From contig JAGVOW010000034.1 in the NCBI GenBank assembly GCA_020052515.1, positions 296-64,295 on the forward strand: a stretch of 64,000 nt of DNA, read 5' to 3'. This document shows, in pieces, positions 46,351 through 55,779 of the stretch; the first letter of the stretch is position 1, and each line of letters starts with the position of its first letter. The stretch comes from Brevinematales bacterium (GTDB taxonomy: Bacteria; Spirochaetota; Brevinematia; Brevinematales; JAOACQ01). The notes under the pieces were generated by a model. It made no database searches and had not been told where the DNA came from. It worked only from the letters and a program-made list of their open reading frames with translations. The position numbers and the translations under genes were made by a program.

Positions 46351-47143
46351 GAAAGAGAGAAAACTGTCCAAACTAATGGGGCAGGCCATCAATGATTATG
46401 ACATGATTCTGGAAAACGACCGAGTCCTGGCAGCTCTGTCAGGCGGTATGGACAGCATTGTATTGGCATTACTTTTAAGCGAAAGATTGTCAAGGATTCC
46501 GATACAATACGAGCTTTTCCCTGTTTTGATTGATCATTTTAATGGGGATAATCCGGAAATGAATCAAAAAATAGAAAAGTTGAGCGATTTTATTCTGCAA
46601 AAAACCCGTCTAACCTTAAAAATCCTGAGATTCCCTATGGTTCAAAATTTGACGGGTGAAGCATCTCCCCATAAAAGAAGGGATATTTGTTTTGTGTGCG
46701 CGCAAAAAAGGCGCACAGAGCTGATTAAATGCGCGGATGCTCTGGGCTGTAATAGAATTGCCCTTGGCCACCACAAAGATGATATTGTGGAGACAATATT
46801 AATGAATCTGTTTTACAAGAGGGAGCTTTCCGCTATGCTGCCCAGGCTTGATCTATTCGGCGGAAAAATGAGCATCATCCGGCCGATGGCTTACATTCAA
46901 AAGAGCCAGATAGAAATCTATATGGCTGAAAACAAACCGTTTATAATTGAGGAAGATTGTCCTGCGAAAATACTTCCAAGGGATGAGAGGAGAAAAAAGG
47001 TTAGAAAAATAATAGAGGAGCTGGTTCAAAAAGTGCCGCATCTGAAAAACAATATCTTTGCTTCTTTCCGGAATCCAAAACCGGATTACCTTTTAGACCA
47101 CTTTTTTGATCCTAAGAAATCCGGCCTTTATAAAAGGCCGTAA
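46349..47143 (+). CDS. ttcA: PP-loop ATPase, TtcA-like tRNA 2-thiocytidine biosynthesis protein
   Basis: ALSGGMDS PP-loop and CFVCAQKRR Cys motif. The N-terminal KLSKLMGQAINDYDMI resembles the E. coli TtcA N-terminus, which supports the TTG 46349 start. Confidence 0.82.
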   Translation: MKERKLSKLMGQAINDYDMILENDRVLAALSGGMDSIVLALLLSERLSRIPIQYELFPVLIDHFNGDNPEMNQKIEKLSDFILQKTRLTLKILRFPMVQNLTGEASPHKRRDICFVCAQKRRTELIKCADALGCNRIALGHHKDDIVETILMNLFYKRELSAMLPRLDLFGGKMSIIRPMAYIQKSQIEIYMAENKPFIIEEDCPAKILPRDERRKKVRKIIEELVQKVPHLKNNIFASFRNPKPDYLLDHFFDPKKSGLYKRP

Positions 47144-48061
47144 TTACTTTCCGAAGAACAGCGTTGATGGATTGTCTTTTATCTTCTTGCTGAATTCTTC
47201 AAAGTTCTTGACCGTATTTTCCAATCGAACACGAAATTCCCTATCTCTGGCCAGGCTTAGCGGGCTGTTTCTATCGTAGGAAAGCCGGTTTAGGTCGGAA
47301 GAGAGGTTTTTCAGCTCGTAAGTGGCTACGTTTACATTGCTGATGATAGAAAGAACATCACTTTCATTGATGCTGGAAAGGGTTGAATTCAGCTTCTTTG
47401 AGCTTGATTCAATATTTACAAGAGTGTTGTTGATCCTGTGCATGATCTCGCCTGTGTTTTGAATACCGGTATTGAGTTTTATAATACTCTGCCTGATATC
47501 TTTCGCGTTGTCGTTGATGAGGTGATTAAGGCCTAACATTAATTCGGAAGTGTTATTAAATAAATCTTTAACTTTGCTAATGGTGTCTGTATTAGCCGGC
47601 CCCATCAGCGATTTTACGCCCGCTCCAGCGAGCTCTATCGTCCGGGCAAATCCGATCGGGGTAATACCCATAACAATCTCATTGTTTGTGTAGTAGTCTG
47701 TGCTGGAAGAGTCATATCCGGAAACGTTGATGTACTTTTGTCCTACCAAGCTGGTGGAATAAATGTTAAAAACGGCGCTTCTATTAATCTTGTAATGTCC
47801 TTGAATCCAGGTCTCTACTATGATTTTCCCTGTGTCAAAGTTAATTTTTCCTACATGGCCGATAGCCGGGCCTCCGGAAACCTTGACTTTTGCTCCAGGC
47901 TGAAGATTGTCTAGAAACTCGTATTCAATCAAGAGTTTATAACCGCCGCCCAGGAAAAAGCTGAATTTCCCGGCAAAATAGATAAACAGCAGGATTACAA
48001 ACAATCCGGAAAAAATAAAAACGCCTATAGCGATATTATTGGCCTTTTTTCCTCGCTCCAT
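47144..48061 (-). CDS. mlaD: MlaD/MCE-domain protein
   Basis: N-terminal TM, MCE domain (GAKVKVSGGPAIGHVGKI) and a helical C-terminus. Follows mlaE and mlaF. Confidence 0.85.
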   Translation of the reverse strand: MERGKKANNIAIGVFIFSGLFVILLFIYFAGKFSFFLGGGYKLLIEYEFLDNLQPGAKVKVSGGPAIGHVGKINFDTGKIIVETWIQGHYKINRSAVFNIYSTSLVGQKYINVSGYDSSSTDYYTNNEIVMGITPIGFARTIELAGAGVKSLMGPANTDTISKVKDLFNNTSELMLGLNHLINDNAKDIRQSIIKLNTGIQNTGEIMHRINNTLVNIESSSKKLNSTLSSINESDVLSIISNVNVATYELKNLSSDLNRLSYDRNSPLSLARDREFRVRLENTVKNFEEFSKKIKDNPSTLFFGK

Positions 48062-48070
48062 AAATACCTC

Positions 48071-48835
48071 TCAATCGTTTATCGGCCCTTCGAAGCGGCC
48101 ATTAATAAATTGAACAACATAAGGGTTGTCTGTTTTAGTTAATTCTTTTGGAGTTCCCAGAAATATCAATTTACCTTTGTAAAGCATCCCTATTCGATCC
48201 GCGACATATTTGGCGCTCTGGATATCGTGGGTAACCATAATAAAAGTGGTTTTCAATTTATTTTTGAGCGATAAAATCACTTCATTAATATTCGCTGTGG
48301 TAATGGGGTCAAGGCCTGTTGTCGGCTCATCAAAAAGCACAACAGAGGGTTCGGCGACGATCGCCCTGGCCAGGGCAACCCTTTTCATCATTCCGCCTGA
48401 AAGAGAAGCGATCATTCTATTTTCTATGTCTGGTAATTCAACCAAATCCAGAGATTTCCGCATCATTTTTAGTTTTTCTGTTTCTTTCAGTTCAGGCCTC
48501 AGATGGTCCAGCGCAAAAAGAATATTTTCACCTACTGTCAGTGAATCGAAAAGCGCGCCGCCCTGGAAAAGCATGCCAAACTTTTTGCGGATATTATCCC
48601 ATTGCTTTTCATCATCAAAATCAATCTTTTCCCCGTCAATATAAATCTCCCCTTCATCAGGGGCCATTAAACCAATGATGTGCTTGATTAAGACGCTTTT
48701 GCCGACACCGCTCTGGCCAATAATAGCCAAAGTTTCTCCATCCAGAATCTTCAGGTCAACCCCGTCCAGGACTTTTTTCTGATTGAGTTGTTTTTTTAAC
48801 CCGTAGATTTCAATTTTCACATTTTTTGCGCTCAT
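48071..48835 (-). CDS. mlaF: ABC transporter ATP-binding protein MlaF-like
   Basis: Walker A GQSGVGKS, signature LSGGMMKR, Walker B VLFDEPTTGLD. Confidence 0.9.
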   Translation of the reverse strand: MSAKNVKIEIYGLKKQLNQKKVLDGVDLKILDGETLAIIGQSGVGKSVLIKHIIGLMAPDEGEIYIDGEKIDFDDEKQWDNIRKKFGMLFQGGALFDSLTVGENILFALDHLRPELKETEKLKMMRKSLDLVELPDIENRMIASLSGGMMKRVALARAIVAEPSVVLFDEPTTGLDPITTANINEVILSLKNKLKTTFIMVTHDIQSAKYVADRIGMLYKGKLIFLGTPKELTKTDNPYVVQFINGRFEGPIND

Positions 48836-49608
48836 GATAACACTCCGCCGGAGAAAAGCATAAACACAGCGCCGAGCAGATAATCAAGCATGATTACCAA
48901 AAAACTGCTCACTACCACTGAACGGATGACTGATTTACCAACGCCGGCGGCTCCCTCTTTCGTTTGAAAACCGCAGTAAGTGCTGACTAAGAGCAAAACG
49001 GCGCCGATTATGGCCATTTTAAAAACAGATTCATAGATAAACCTGGTTTTCAAAGGTATTTGCGCTACTTCCAGAAATACGCTGTTAGGCACATCATAAA
49101 GGGCAGATATCATTAACCATGAACCGAACAAAGAAACCAGGATGGAGAAAAACCCTAAAAGCGGCAGGGAAATTATGCCGGCAAGCACTCTGGGCGTCAC
49201 CAAATAATCAACAGGATTGACCGCGAATGTTTTCAGAGCGTCTATTTGTTCTGTTACTTTCATGGTTCCCAGATGCGCTGTGACCGAAGAGCAGACACGG
49301 CTGACGACAATCAGGGAAGTGAATACAGGCCCGATTTCTTTGATTAAAGAAAGTGAAAGCGCTCCGCTGATGTATTGAGCTGTGCCAGCGATGATGGCCT
49401 CCATAGCGTTGCCCAACTGCAAGCCAAAGATCAATCCCATAAAGAGGCCGGTTGTCAGAACCACTGGAAGAGATTCTACTCCAATAGAAAAAACATTCTG
49501 AAATATTTCCCGGGGTTTTAATATATTTTTGGGGAAATACTTAAAAGCCTCAATAGAAAAACGAGTAAATTGGCCTAAATCGTGAAAAAAAGCCTTTAGT
49601 TTTTCCAT
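48832..49608 (-). CDS. mlaE: ABC transporter permease MlaE-like
   Basis: 258 aa multi-pass membrane protein of MlaE size and pattern. 4-bp overlap with mlaF. Confidence 0.88.
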   Translation of the reverse strand: MEKLKAFFHDLGQFTRFSIEAFKYFPKNILKPREIFQNVFSIGVESLPVVLTTGLFMGLIFGLQLGNAMEAIIAGTAQYISGALSLSLIKEIGPVFTSLIVVSRVCSSVTAHLGTMKVTEQIDALKTFAVNPVDYLVTPRVLAGIISLPLLGFFSILVSLFGSWLMISALYDVPNSVFLEVAQIPLKTRFIYESVFKMAIIGAVLLLVSTYCGFQTKEGAAGVGKSVIRSVVVSSFLVIMLDYLLGAVFMLFSGGVLS

Positions 49609-49617
49609 GCTATTCCT

Positions 49618-51018
49618 CTAAAATTCTTCCTTTTCGGAATTCTCCTCTTGATCCAGATGGGCTGAATGCTTTTCCAGATTATCAAAGCGGACAATTTCTC
49701 TGAAGAAAGCCATTTCCATATCGCCGGTCGGGCCGTTTCGCTGTTTTTGCAGAAGAAGCTCCGCGATATTTCTTTTTTCACTGTCTTTTTTGTAATACTC
49801 TTCACGGTAAAGAAAAGCCACCAGATCAGCGTCCTGCTCAATAGCGCCTGATTCCCTTAAGTCGGAAAGAATAGGCTTGTGGTCTCCTCCCCGCTCATCG
49901 ACTTTTCTGGACAGCTGTGACAATACAATAATGGGTATATCGAGTTCTTTGGCCAGGGCCTTCAAGCTTCTGGAAATATAAGAAATTTCATTGTTTCTAT
50001 TGATTATCATTTTGTTGGATTCCGCTGTCGAAATCAATTGCAAGTGGTCAATTACCAATAGTTTTATGTCGTGTTTAGATTTCACTCTTCTGGCTTTCGC
50101 GCGGATTTCATTCAGAGAAATAGCCGGGGTATCGTCAACCAGGATTTTCATTTTGGAAAGACTGCCTGCCGCCCGGACTAATAAATCCCATTCACCGGCG
50201 GAAGAATTCAGTTTTCCCTTTCGAAGCCGCTGCATATCCAGCCTGGATTCGCTGGAAAGCATTCTAAGGACCAATTCCTGATAAGACATTTCTAAAGAAA
50301 AAAACAAAACCGCGTTTTCAGTATTCATTTTTGCGACATTGCTTGCAATGTTCAGGGCAAAAGCCGTTTTTCCCATGGAAGGCCGGGCGGCAATGACAAT
50401 CAAGTCGCCTTTCTGCAGGCCGCTGGTCTTGTCATCAAATTCCACAAATCCGGTGGGAAGCCCGGTATAAAGATGCTTTGAATGAGCAATACGCTCAATC
50501 CCTTTAAGAGTATCCGTCAAAATTTCTTTTAAAAACCGGTAGTTAGACCTCAGTTTCCGGTTTGTTACGTCAAATATGAGCTTTTCTGCTTGGTCAGACA
50601 ACTGTTCTACATTCGCTGGATTTTCGTAAACATTGTCAATAATTGTGCGCGACGCGTTGATGAGCTCTCGAAGCATAGATTTTTCGAGCACAATCTTCGC
50701 ATGATAAGAGATATTGGATAAAGAAGGGACATTTTCTATGAGTTTTGATAAATAAGCGCTTCCACCGGTCTTTTCCAGCAGATTTCGTGTGGAAAGCCTC
50801 TCCGAAACGCTAACCCCATCTACAGGAGCGTTTTTGTCACTCAGTTCCTCGATTATTTTATAAAGAATCTGGTGCCTTTCATCAAAAAAATCTTCTTCCC
50901 GAAGTATTTCCTGTATAGTTGAAATAGCAGAAGAAGACATGAGCATCGCGCCGATGCAGGATTGCTCTGCCTCCAAGCTGTGAGGAGGAACTTTCCTGAT
51001 CAGATCATCTGCGGCCAT
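49618..51018 (-). CDS. dnaB: Replicative DNA helicase
   Basis: PPHSLEAEQSCIGAML N-terminus and Walker A ARPSMGKTAFALN. 466 aa, so no intein. Confidence 0.96.
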   Translation of the reverse strand: MAADDLIRKVPPHSLEAEQSCIGAMLMSSSAISTIQEILREEDFFDERHQILYKIIEELSDKNAPVDGVSVSERLSTRNLLEKTGGSAYLSKLIENVPSLSNISYHAKIVLEKSMLRELINASRTIIDNVYENPANVEQLSDQAEKLIFDVTNRKLRSNYRFLKEILTDTLKGIERIAHSKHLYTGLPTGFVEFDDKTSGLQKGDLIVIAARPSMGKTAFALNIASNVAKMNTENAVLFFSLEMSYQELVLRMLSSESRLDMQRLRKGKLNSSAGEWDLLVRAAGSLSKMKILVDDTPAISLNEIRAKARRVKSKHDIKLLVIDHLQLISTAESNKMIINRNNEISYISRSLKALAKELDIPIIVLSQLSRKVDERGGDHKPILSDLRESGAIEQDADLVAFLYREEYYKKDSEKRNIAELLLQKQRNGPTGDMEMAFFREIVRFDNLEKHSAHLDQEENSEKEEF

Positions 51019-51020
51019 AC

Positions 51021-51461
51021 TTATTCTTCAATCACCTTGATTTTGATCGTGGCTGTTACGCCTTCATCCAGCCTTATCTTGACGGGATGCTCTCCCAGCG
51101 TTTTAAGGTGATCGGAAAGTATTTTTTTCTTGTCTACATCAAAACCCTTTTCTTTGAGAAGGGTGGCAATGTCGGTATTGGTGATAGAACCAAACAATTT
51201 GCCTTCTTCGCCGGCCTTTGCTTTAATCTCTATTTCTTCTTTTTCTAAAGCCTCTTGAAGAGTTAGAGCGTCTTCATAAAACTTTTTCGCCTTTTGAGCT
51301 AAAGAAGCGGCCAATAGTTTAAGATGCGTTTCCTTTCCTTTAGTCGCGATTTCCGCGAATTTTTTCGGAATAAGATAATTTCTGGCATAACCATCCTTGA
51401 CGGCTTTTATATCTCCGGCTCTGCCCAAACCGATTACATTGTCTAACAATATGACTCTCAT
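51021..51461 (-). CDS. rplI: 50S ribosomal protein L9
   Basis: MRVILLDNVIGLGRAGDIKAVKDGYARNYLIP. Confidence 0.95.
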   Translation of the reverse strand: MRVILLDNVIGLGRAGDIKAVKDGYARNYLIPKKFAEIATKGKETHLKLLAASLAQKAKKFYEDALTLQEALEKEEIEIKAKAGEEGKLFGSITNTDIATLLKEKGFDVDKKKILSDHLKTLGEHPVKIRLDEGVTATIKIKVIEE

Positions 51462-51476
51462 AAAAATCCTCCGAAC

Positions 51477-52229
51477 TTATTTTTCTTCCATAACTTTCTT
51501 TTGGCTTCTTCTATAGTGCATCCAGATATCGGATATGCCGACACCCATTAAAATAATCAGGGGAAAAGAAAAAAACTTTCCTGACAAAAGCAACGCTAGA
51601 TAAAGGATGGCAAGGGCAAAAAATTGAGAAAATCTGCGCCTGCGCATTCCATAAAACAATGTCAGAAACCCATACAGCACATAAAAATAAGAATAGAATA
51701 AGCAAAGGTTCAACAGTCCCATTTCCCAGTCCCATTCTATCCATTGGGGATAAAAATAATTTTCTATAAAAAACACCGTCCACAAAAGAACCGGCGCGGC
51801 AATCAGCCTGTGATCAAAATTTTTCAAAAAGCGGTACCAAAACGAACTCTTTTTCCATCCGGAGACCGAATAAAGAAAAGCGGTTGTTAATAATCCAACC
51901 AGCCAAACCGGATAGACAAACCGAAAATCTTCGGCTAGATAATAAACATCTATAAACCGGTAACTTTTCAATAAACCTAAGCCTGCTAGCGAATTTTTAA
52001 CTATTTCACCAATCTTCTCCCAGATCAGTGGGACTCTCGGCAGATAAAACCAGCAGACAAAGAACACAAGCGATCCCATGACTAAAACAACGGGCATCAG
52101 CCACTGTCCGGGAAAAAAGCGCCGTCCTTTTTCAAAGAGCCCATTTACCGTAAAAAACAAAACGGAAAAAAGGTTAAAAATCCCTATTGTAAAAAGGGTC
52201 AAGAGGAGTAAAAAAAAGGAAAATTCCAC
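51477..52229 (-). CDS. Multi-pass membrane protein (possibly DUF2232/YybS-like, by position between rpsR and rplI)
   Basis: 250 aa and highly hydrophobic. Occupies the position of Bacillus yybS. The family assignment is a guess. Confidence 0.7.
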   Translation of the reverse strand: MEFSFFLLLLTLFTIGIFNLFSVLFFTVNGLFEKGRRFFPGQWLMPVVLVMGSLVFFVCWFYLPRVPLIWEKIGEIVKNSLAGLGLLKSYRFIDVYYLAEDFRFVYPVWLVGLLTTAFLYSVSGWKKSSFWYRFLKNFDHRLIAAPVLLWTVFFIENYFYPQWIEWDWEMGLLNLCLFYSYFYVLYGFLTLFYGMRRRRFSQFFALAILYLALLLSGKFFSFPLIILMGVGISDIWMHYRRSQKKVMEEK

Positions 52230-52240
52230 TCCTCTCCCTC

Positions 52241-52597
52241 TTATCTGTCGAGGAAAGGAAGAAGCGCTATAATTCTAGCCTTTTTAATTTCCCTGACAGC
52301 CGCTCTCTGGTGTTTTGCGCAATTGCCGCTGATTCTTCTGGGAAGAATTTTTCCGCTGGGCATAACAAAACGTCTGAGAACATCGACATTTTTATAATTC
52401 AGGACTTTTACTTCTAGTTGTTTTGTACAAAATTTACATACTTTCTTGGTATAAAAAAACTTCTTTCTTTCAGGAATGCCTTCCGGTATATCTTCCTTTA
52501 CTTTCTTAATCTCGACTGGATCTAAATTAATAGGGGCAACGACATCAACAGGCAATTTTTCTTCCGGCTGTGTATTATTCAAAACTTCTTCGGGCAT
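52241..52597 (-). CDS. rpsR: 30S ribosomal protein S18 with an acidic N-terminal extension of about 44 aa
   Basis: The C-terminal 74 aa resemble E. coli S18 (KFCTK...[15 protein letters not shown]...ARIIALLPF). ATG 52597 lies 6 nt after the aaggag RBS. Confidence 0.9.
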   Translation of the reverse strand: MPEEVLNNTQPEEKLPVDVVAPINLDPVEIKKVKEDIPEGIPERKKFFYTKKVCKFCTKQLEVKVLNYKNVDVLRRFVMPSGKILPRRISGNCAKHQRAAVREIKKARIIALLPFLDR

Positions 52598-52620
52598 AAT
52601 CATCTCCTTTCTTTTTCAAA

Positions 52621-53103
52621 CTAAAAATTTGGTTCTTCAGGATTGCTTTCACTCTGATAAAAAGCTGTATCAACGGGAGCGGGATCAAAATTGGTATTGT
52701 CATAAAAATTGTCATCTTGCTTAGTGCCAGTATTTGGCGAAGCCGGAGCAGTTGAAGCATTCTGGTTTTTTGAAGCTCCTGGAGAGCCTAAAAACTCTAC
52801 TCTCTCAGCGATGACCTCAACGGTACTTCTTCTGGAACCATCCTGCGCTGTCCAGCTTCTCTGTTCCAGACGGCCGTCAATGGCGATCTGTTTCCCTTTT
52901 GAAAGATAATTGCTGCAAGTTTCACCGGCCTTTCCCCAGACGACAATGTTGAAGAAAGAAACGCTGTCAGAGCCATCCTGTTTGGGTTTTCCGCCGACGG
53001 CTAAACCAAACTTGGCGACAGCCGTTCCGCTAGGAGTGTATTTGAGCTCAACATCAGCGGAAAGCCTTCCTACCAGGACAACTTTATTGATATCCCAGCT
53101 CAT
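52621..53103 (-). CDS. ssb: Single-stranded DNA-binding protein
   Basis: OB fold (INKVVLVGRLSADVELKYTPSG), a disordered tail and an acidic tip ending PEEPNF. Confidence 0.94.
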   Translation of the reverse strand: MSWDINKVVLVGRLSADVELKYTPSGTAVAKFGLAVGGKPKQDGSDSVSFFNIVVWGKAGETCSNYLSKGKQIAIDGRLEQRSWTAQDGSRRSTVEVIAERVEFLGSPGASKNQNASTAPASPNTGTKQDDNFYDNTNFDPAPVDTAFYQSESNPEEPNF

Positions 53104-53107
53104 GGCG

Positions 53108-53395
53108 CTACTCCGCTAAAACCATATGGCGAATGATTTCTTCATCAAACTTGATCTGTTTTTCCAATTTAATGATAGAATCCGGCGACATCTCAGCCTT
53201 TACAAAGTAGTAGAATGCCCGGCTGAAATTCTCGCGGTTTCTGTGAATGGGGTAAGCGAGCTGACGGGTGCCCATATCATTCTCGCTCAAAATGGACGCT
53301 TTTGCTTTAGAAAAATATTCTTTAATTCTTTCCACAGCAACTTTTGCCAATTCTCCTTCTTTCAGAAGAAAGGCAACCTCATAATTCCTGGACAT
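53108..53395 (-). CDS. rpsF: 30S ribosomal protein S6
   Basis: MSRNYEVAFLL... 95 aa, first gene of the rpsF-ssb-rpsR string. Confidence 0.93.
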   Translation of the reverse strand: MSRNYEVAFLLKEGELAKVAVERIKEYFSKAKASILSENDMGTRQLAYPIHRNRENFSRAFYYFVKAEMSPDSIIKLEKQIKFDEEIIRHMVLAE

Positions 53396-53448
53396 ATTTC
53401 CTCCTTATGGACTTACGCCTGTTCCTTCAGAAACAGGAAGGACACAAG

Positions 53449-53477
53449 ATTTTAAGGAAGTAGAGCTGTTTTGTCAA
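53449..53477 (-). promoter_or_regulatory. Sigma70-type promoter of the rpsF-ssb-rpsR-rplI-dnaB-mla string
   Basis: Minus strand reads TTGACA, 17 nt, TAAAAT. Confidence 0.75.
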
Positions 53478-53514
53478 GGAAACAAGGACTAATTTTGCAT
53501 TAATTTTAGAGTCC

Positions 53515-53543
53515 TTGACATAGATTTTTTTATATACTATAAT
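53515..53543 (+). promoter_or_regulatory. Consensus sigma70 promoter of the TetR / HlyD-ABC operon
   Basis: TTGACA, 17 nt, TATAAT (12/12 match). Confidence 0.8.
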
Positions 53544-53546
53544 CTA

Positions 53547-53566
53547 CTAATAGTTTAAACTATCAG
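53547..53566. promoter_or_regulatory. Near-palindromic operator candidate for the adjacent TetR
   Basis: ctaATAGTTTAAACTATcag: 14-bp perfect core and 20 bp with one mismatched pair. Starts 4 nt after the -10 hexamer. Confidence 0.6.
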
Positions 53567-53587
53567 TTTAACTTGCGGAGAATTTTA

Positions 53588-54193
53588 ATGACAAAAAATA
53601 AAATGGGTGAAAAAACAAAGGAAAAAATTCTTTTGGCGGCAAGGCAGGAGTTTACTGAAAACGGTTTTGACCAGGCCAAGATGGATCAAATCGCGAAGCG
53701 AGCCGGGGTAAATAAAGTGATGCTTTATTATCATTTTGAAAGTAAAGAAAATATGCTTCGGGAGTTGATTTACAAAATCATTGGCGAATCAAAGATAAAA
53801 TTTCATGAGGGTTTTCGTTTTGTAAAGAGTCCGCAAGAACTTGCTCCGGATACTATAACTCAGAAAATAGAAGAGGTATTGGGGAGTAACAAAGATCTGA
53901 TCCATCTGATTACAGTTGAAATTCTCAAGGGAACCATTGATATAAAAATAGTGCTGGATACTCTAAAAGGCTTTTATCAAACAATTCTTTCTTTTGCTCA
54001 AAAGAAAGAAGGGAAAAAAGCCTATGGTGATGAGTTTTTTATTCAAATGTTTTTCTTTCAGACGATTCCTTTGATTTTATACTTTCATTTTTCTTCAGAA
54101 TTAGCAAAGGGTTTAGAAATAAAAAAAGAGAAATTGGATAAAATTTTTATGGAGAAATTTCTGGATAGTTATTATCGGACTTTCTCCCTTTAA
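53588..54193 (+). CDS. TetR/AcrR family regulator (CecR/YbiH-like by context)
   Basis: HTH region KMDQIAKRAGVNKVMLYYHFESK. ATG 53588 follows a ggag RBS. Confidence 0.9.
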   Translation: MTKNKMGEKTKEKILLAARQEFTENGFDQAKMDQIAKRAGVNKVMLYYHFESKENMLRELIYKIIGESKIKFHEGFRFVKSPQELAPDTITQKIEEVLGSNKDLIHLITVEILKGTIDIKIVLDTLKGFYQTILSFAQKKEGKKAYGDEFFIQMFFFQTIPLILYFHFSSELAKGLEIKKEKLDKIFMEKFLDSYYRTFSL

Positions 54194-54256
54194 AACGGGG
54201 GAAACGGTTTCGATTAGAAAACTTTTGACATTACCGGTAAAATAAGGAGAAATTTT

Positions 54257-55060
54257 ATGCACAAGAAAGCCATTATTCCTTTAATTATTGTGGTGTTGTC
54301 GCTATTGGCTGCGTTATTATATTTTGATGTGTTCCGCAACCGGGATGGAGATTCCTCTCGGGTAGAGGGATCGGGAACGATTGAAGTGACCGAGATTGAA
54401 ATGAGTTCCAAAATCGCCGGCCGGGTAAAAGAAATTCCCTTTGAAGAAGGGCAGAGTGTCAAAAAGGGAGAATGGATCATTAAGCTGGAGGACGAAGAGC
54501 TAATAGCCCAGGTGAATTCAGCGAAAGCGAACTTGATAAACGCGGAGGCGAATTATAAAAGAAGTCGGGAGCTCAACAAATCCGGTTCTATTTCCAGAAA
54601 AGACTATGATAGCTCGGAAACCCTTTTTAAGGTCGCGAGAGCCAATCTGGATTTAATTTCGGCTTCTATCGGCAACGCGGTTTTAGTTTCGCCGATTGAC
54701 GGGGTAGTACTCGAAAAAAACCTGGAAGTAGGGGAAATGGCTTTCCCGGGTTCTGTTATTCTGACGCTGGCAGAACTGACAAAGCCATGGATCAAAATTT
54801 ATGTGGCGGAGAAAAAGTTGGGTTTTGTAAAATTAGGCCAAAAGGCTCTGGTGACGGTAGATACTTTTCTTAATAGAAAATTTGAGGGGAAAGTGGTTTC
54901 CATTTCCAGCAAAGCGGAGTTTACTCCGAAAACCATTCAAACTAAAGATGAAAGGGTCAAATTGATGTTTGCCGTAAAAATTATTCTAAACAATCCGGAT
55001 TTCAGCTTGAAACCGGGAATGCCCGCGGATGTAACTGTTCAGACAGAGGAAAAAAAGTGA
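54257..55060 (+). CDS. HlyD-family membrane fusion protein (YbhG-like)
   Basis: N-terminal TM, lipoyl-like and coiled-coil regions, C-terminal LKPGMPADVTV. Confidence 0.9.
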   Translation: MHKKAIIPLIIVVLSLLAALLYFDVFRNRDGDSSRVEGSGTIEVTEIEMSSKIAGRVKEIPFEEGQSVKKGEWIIKLEDEELIAQVNSAKANLINAEANYKRSRELNKSGSISRKDYDSSETLFKVARANLDLISASIGNAVLVSPIDGVVLEKNLEVGEMAFPGSVILTLAELTKPWIKIYVAEKKLGFVKLGQKALVTVDTFLNRKFEGKVVSISSKAEFTPKTIQTKDERVKLMFAVKIILNNPDFSLKPGMPADVTVQTEEKK

Positions 55061-55779
55061 TAGAAGTTCAAAGCCTTTCTAAAAGTTTTGAAGGCAAAAA
55101 AGCTGCGTCAAATCTCTCTTTCAATGTAAAAAAAGGCGAAATATTTGGAATAGTGGGCCCGGATGGCGCCGGAAAAAGCACGCTTCTGCGAATGCTTGCC
55201 TCCATTTTGAGGCCGGATCAAGGCTCTATCACACTGGAAAAAGTGAGTATTTTTGAGAATCCATTTTTGACAAAAGAAAAAATAGCCTACATGCCTCAGC
55301 GGTTTGGGCTTTACGAAGATTTAACAGTGGAAGAAAATATGATTTTTTTCTCAAAGCTTTTCAATGTTTCCAGAAAAGACCGCCTGAAAAGGATGAAAAG
55401 GCTTTATGAATTCAGTCATCTGGAGCCTTTTAGGACGCGCCTTGCCGGTAAACTTTCCGGCGGTATGAAGCAAAAATTGGGGTTGGCATGTTCTCTCATT
55501 CACCAGCCGCAGATTCTTCTCCTAGATGAACCGACTAATGGAGTAGATCCGGTTTCCCGCCGGGAATTCTGGAAAATTCTTTATGATTTATTAGGGGAAG
55601 GTGTGACAATTTTAGTCAGTACGGCCTATCTAGATGAAGCGGAAAGATGCAACCGGCTGGCCCTTATGTATGAAGGTAGATTTATCGCCCTGGGAAGCCC
55701 GGATGAAATCAAGGCGGATTTCCCAAAATTTTCTTTAGAAGATGTTTTTATCGCTAGAATGGCGAAAGGGGCGTTTTAA
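55057..55779 (+). CDS. ABC transporter ATP-binding protein (NBD 1 of a YbhF-like pair)
   Basis: Walker A GPDGAGKST, signature LSGGMKQK, Walker B LLLDEPTNGVD. GTG start overlaps the upstream stop. Confidence 0.9.
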   Translation: MIEVQSLSKSFEGKKAASNLSFNVKKGEIFGIVGPDGAGKSTLLRMLASILRPDQGSITLEKVSIFENPFLTKEKIAYMPQRFGLYEDLTVEENMIFFSKLFNVSRKDRLKRMKRLYEFSHLEPFRTRLAGKLSGGMKQKLGLACSLIHQPQILLLDEPTNGVDPVSRREFWKILYDLLGEGVTILVSTAYLDEAERCNRLALMYEGRFIALGSPDEIKADFPKFSLEDVFIARMAKGAF

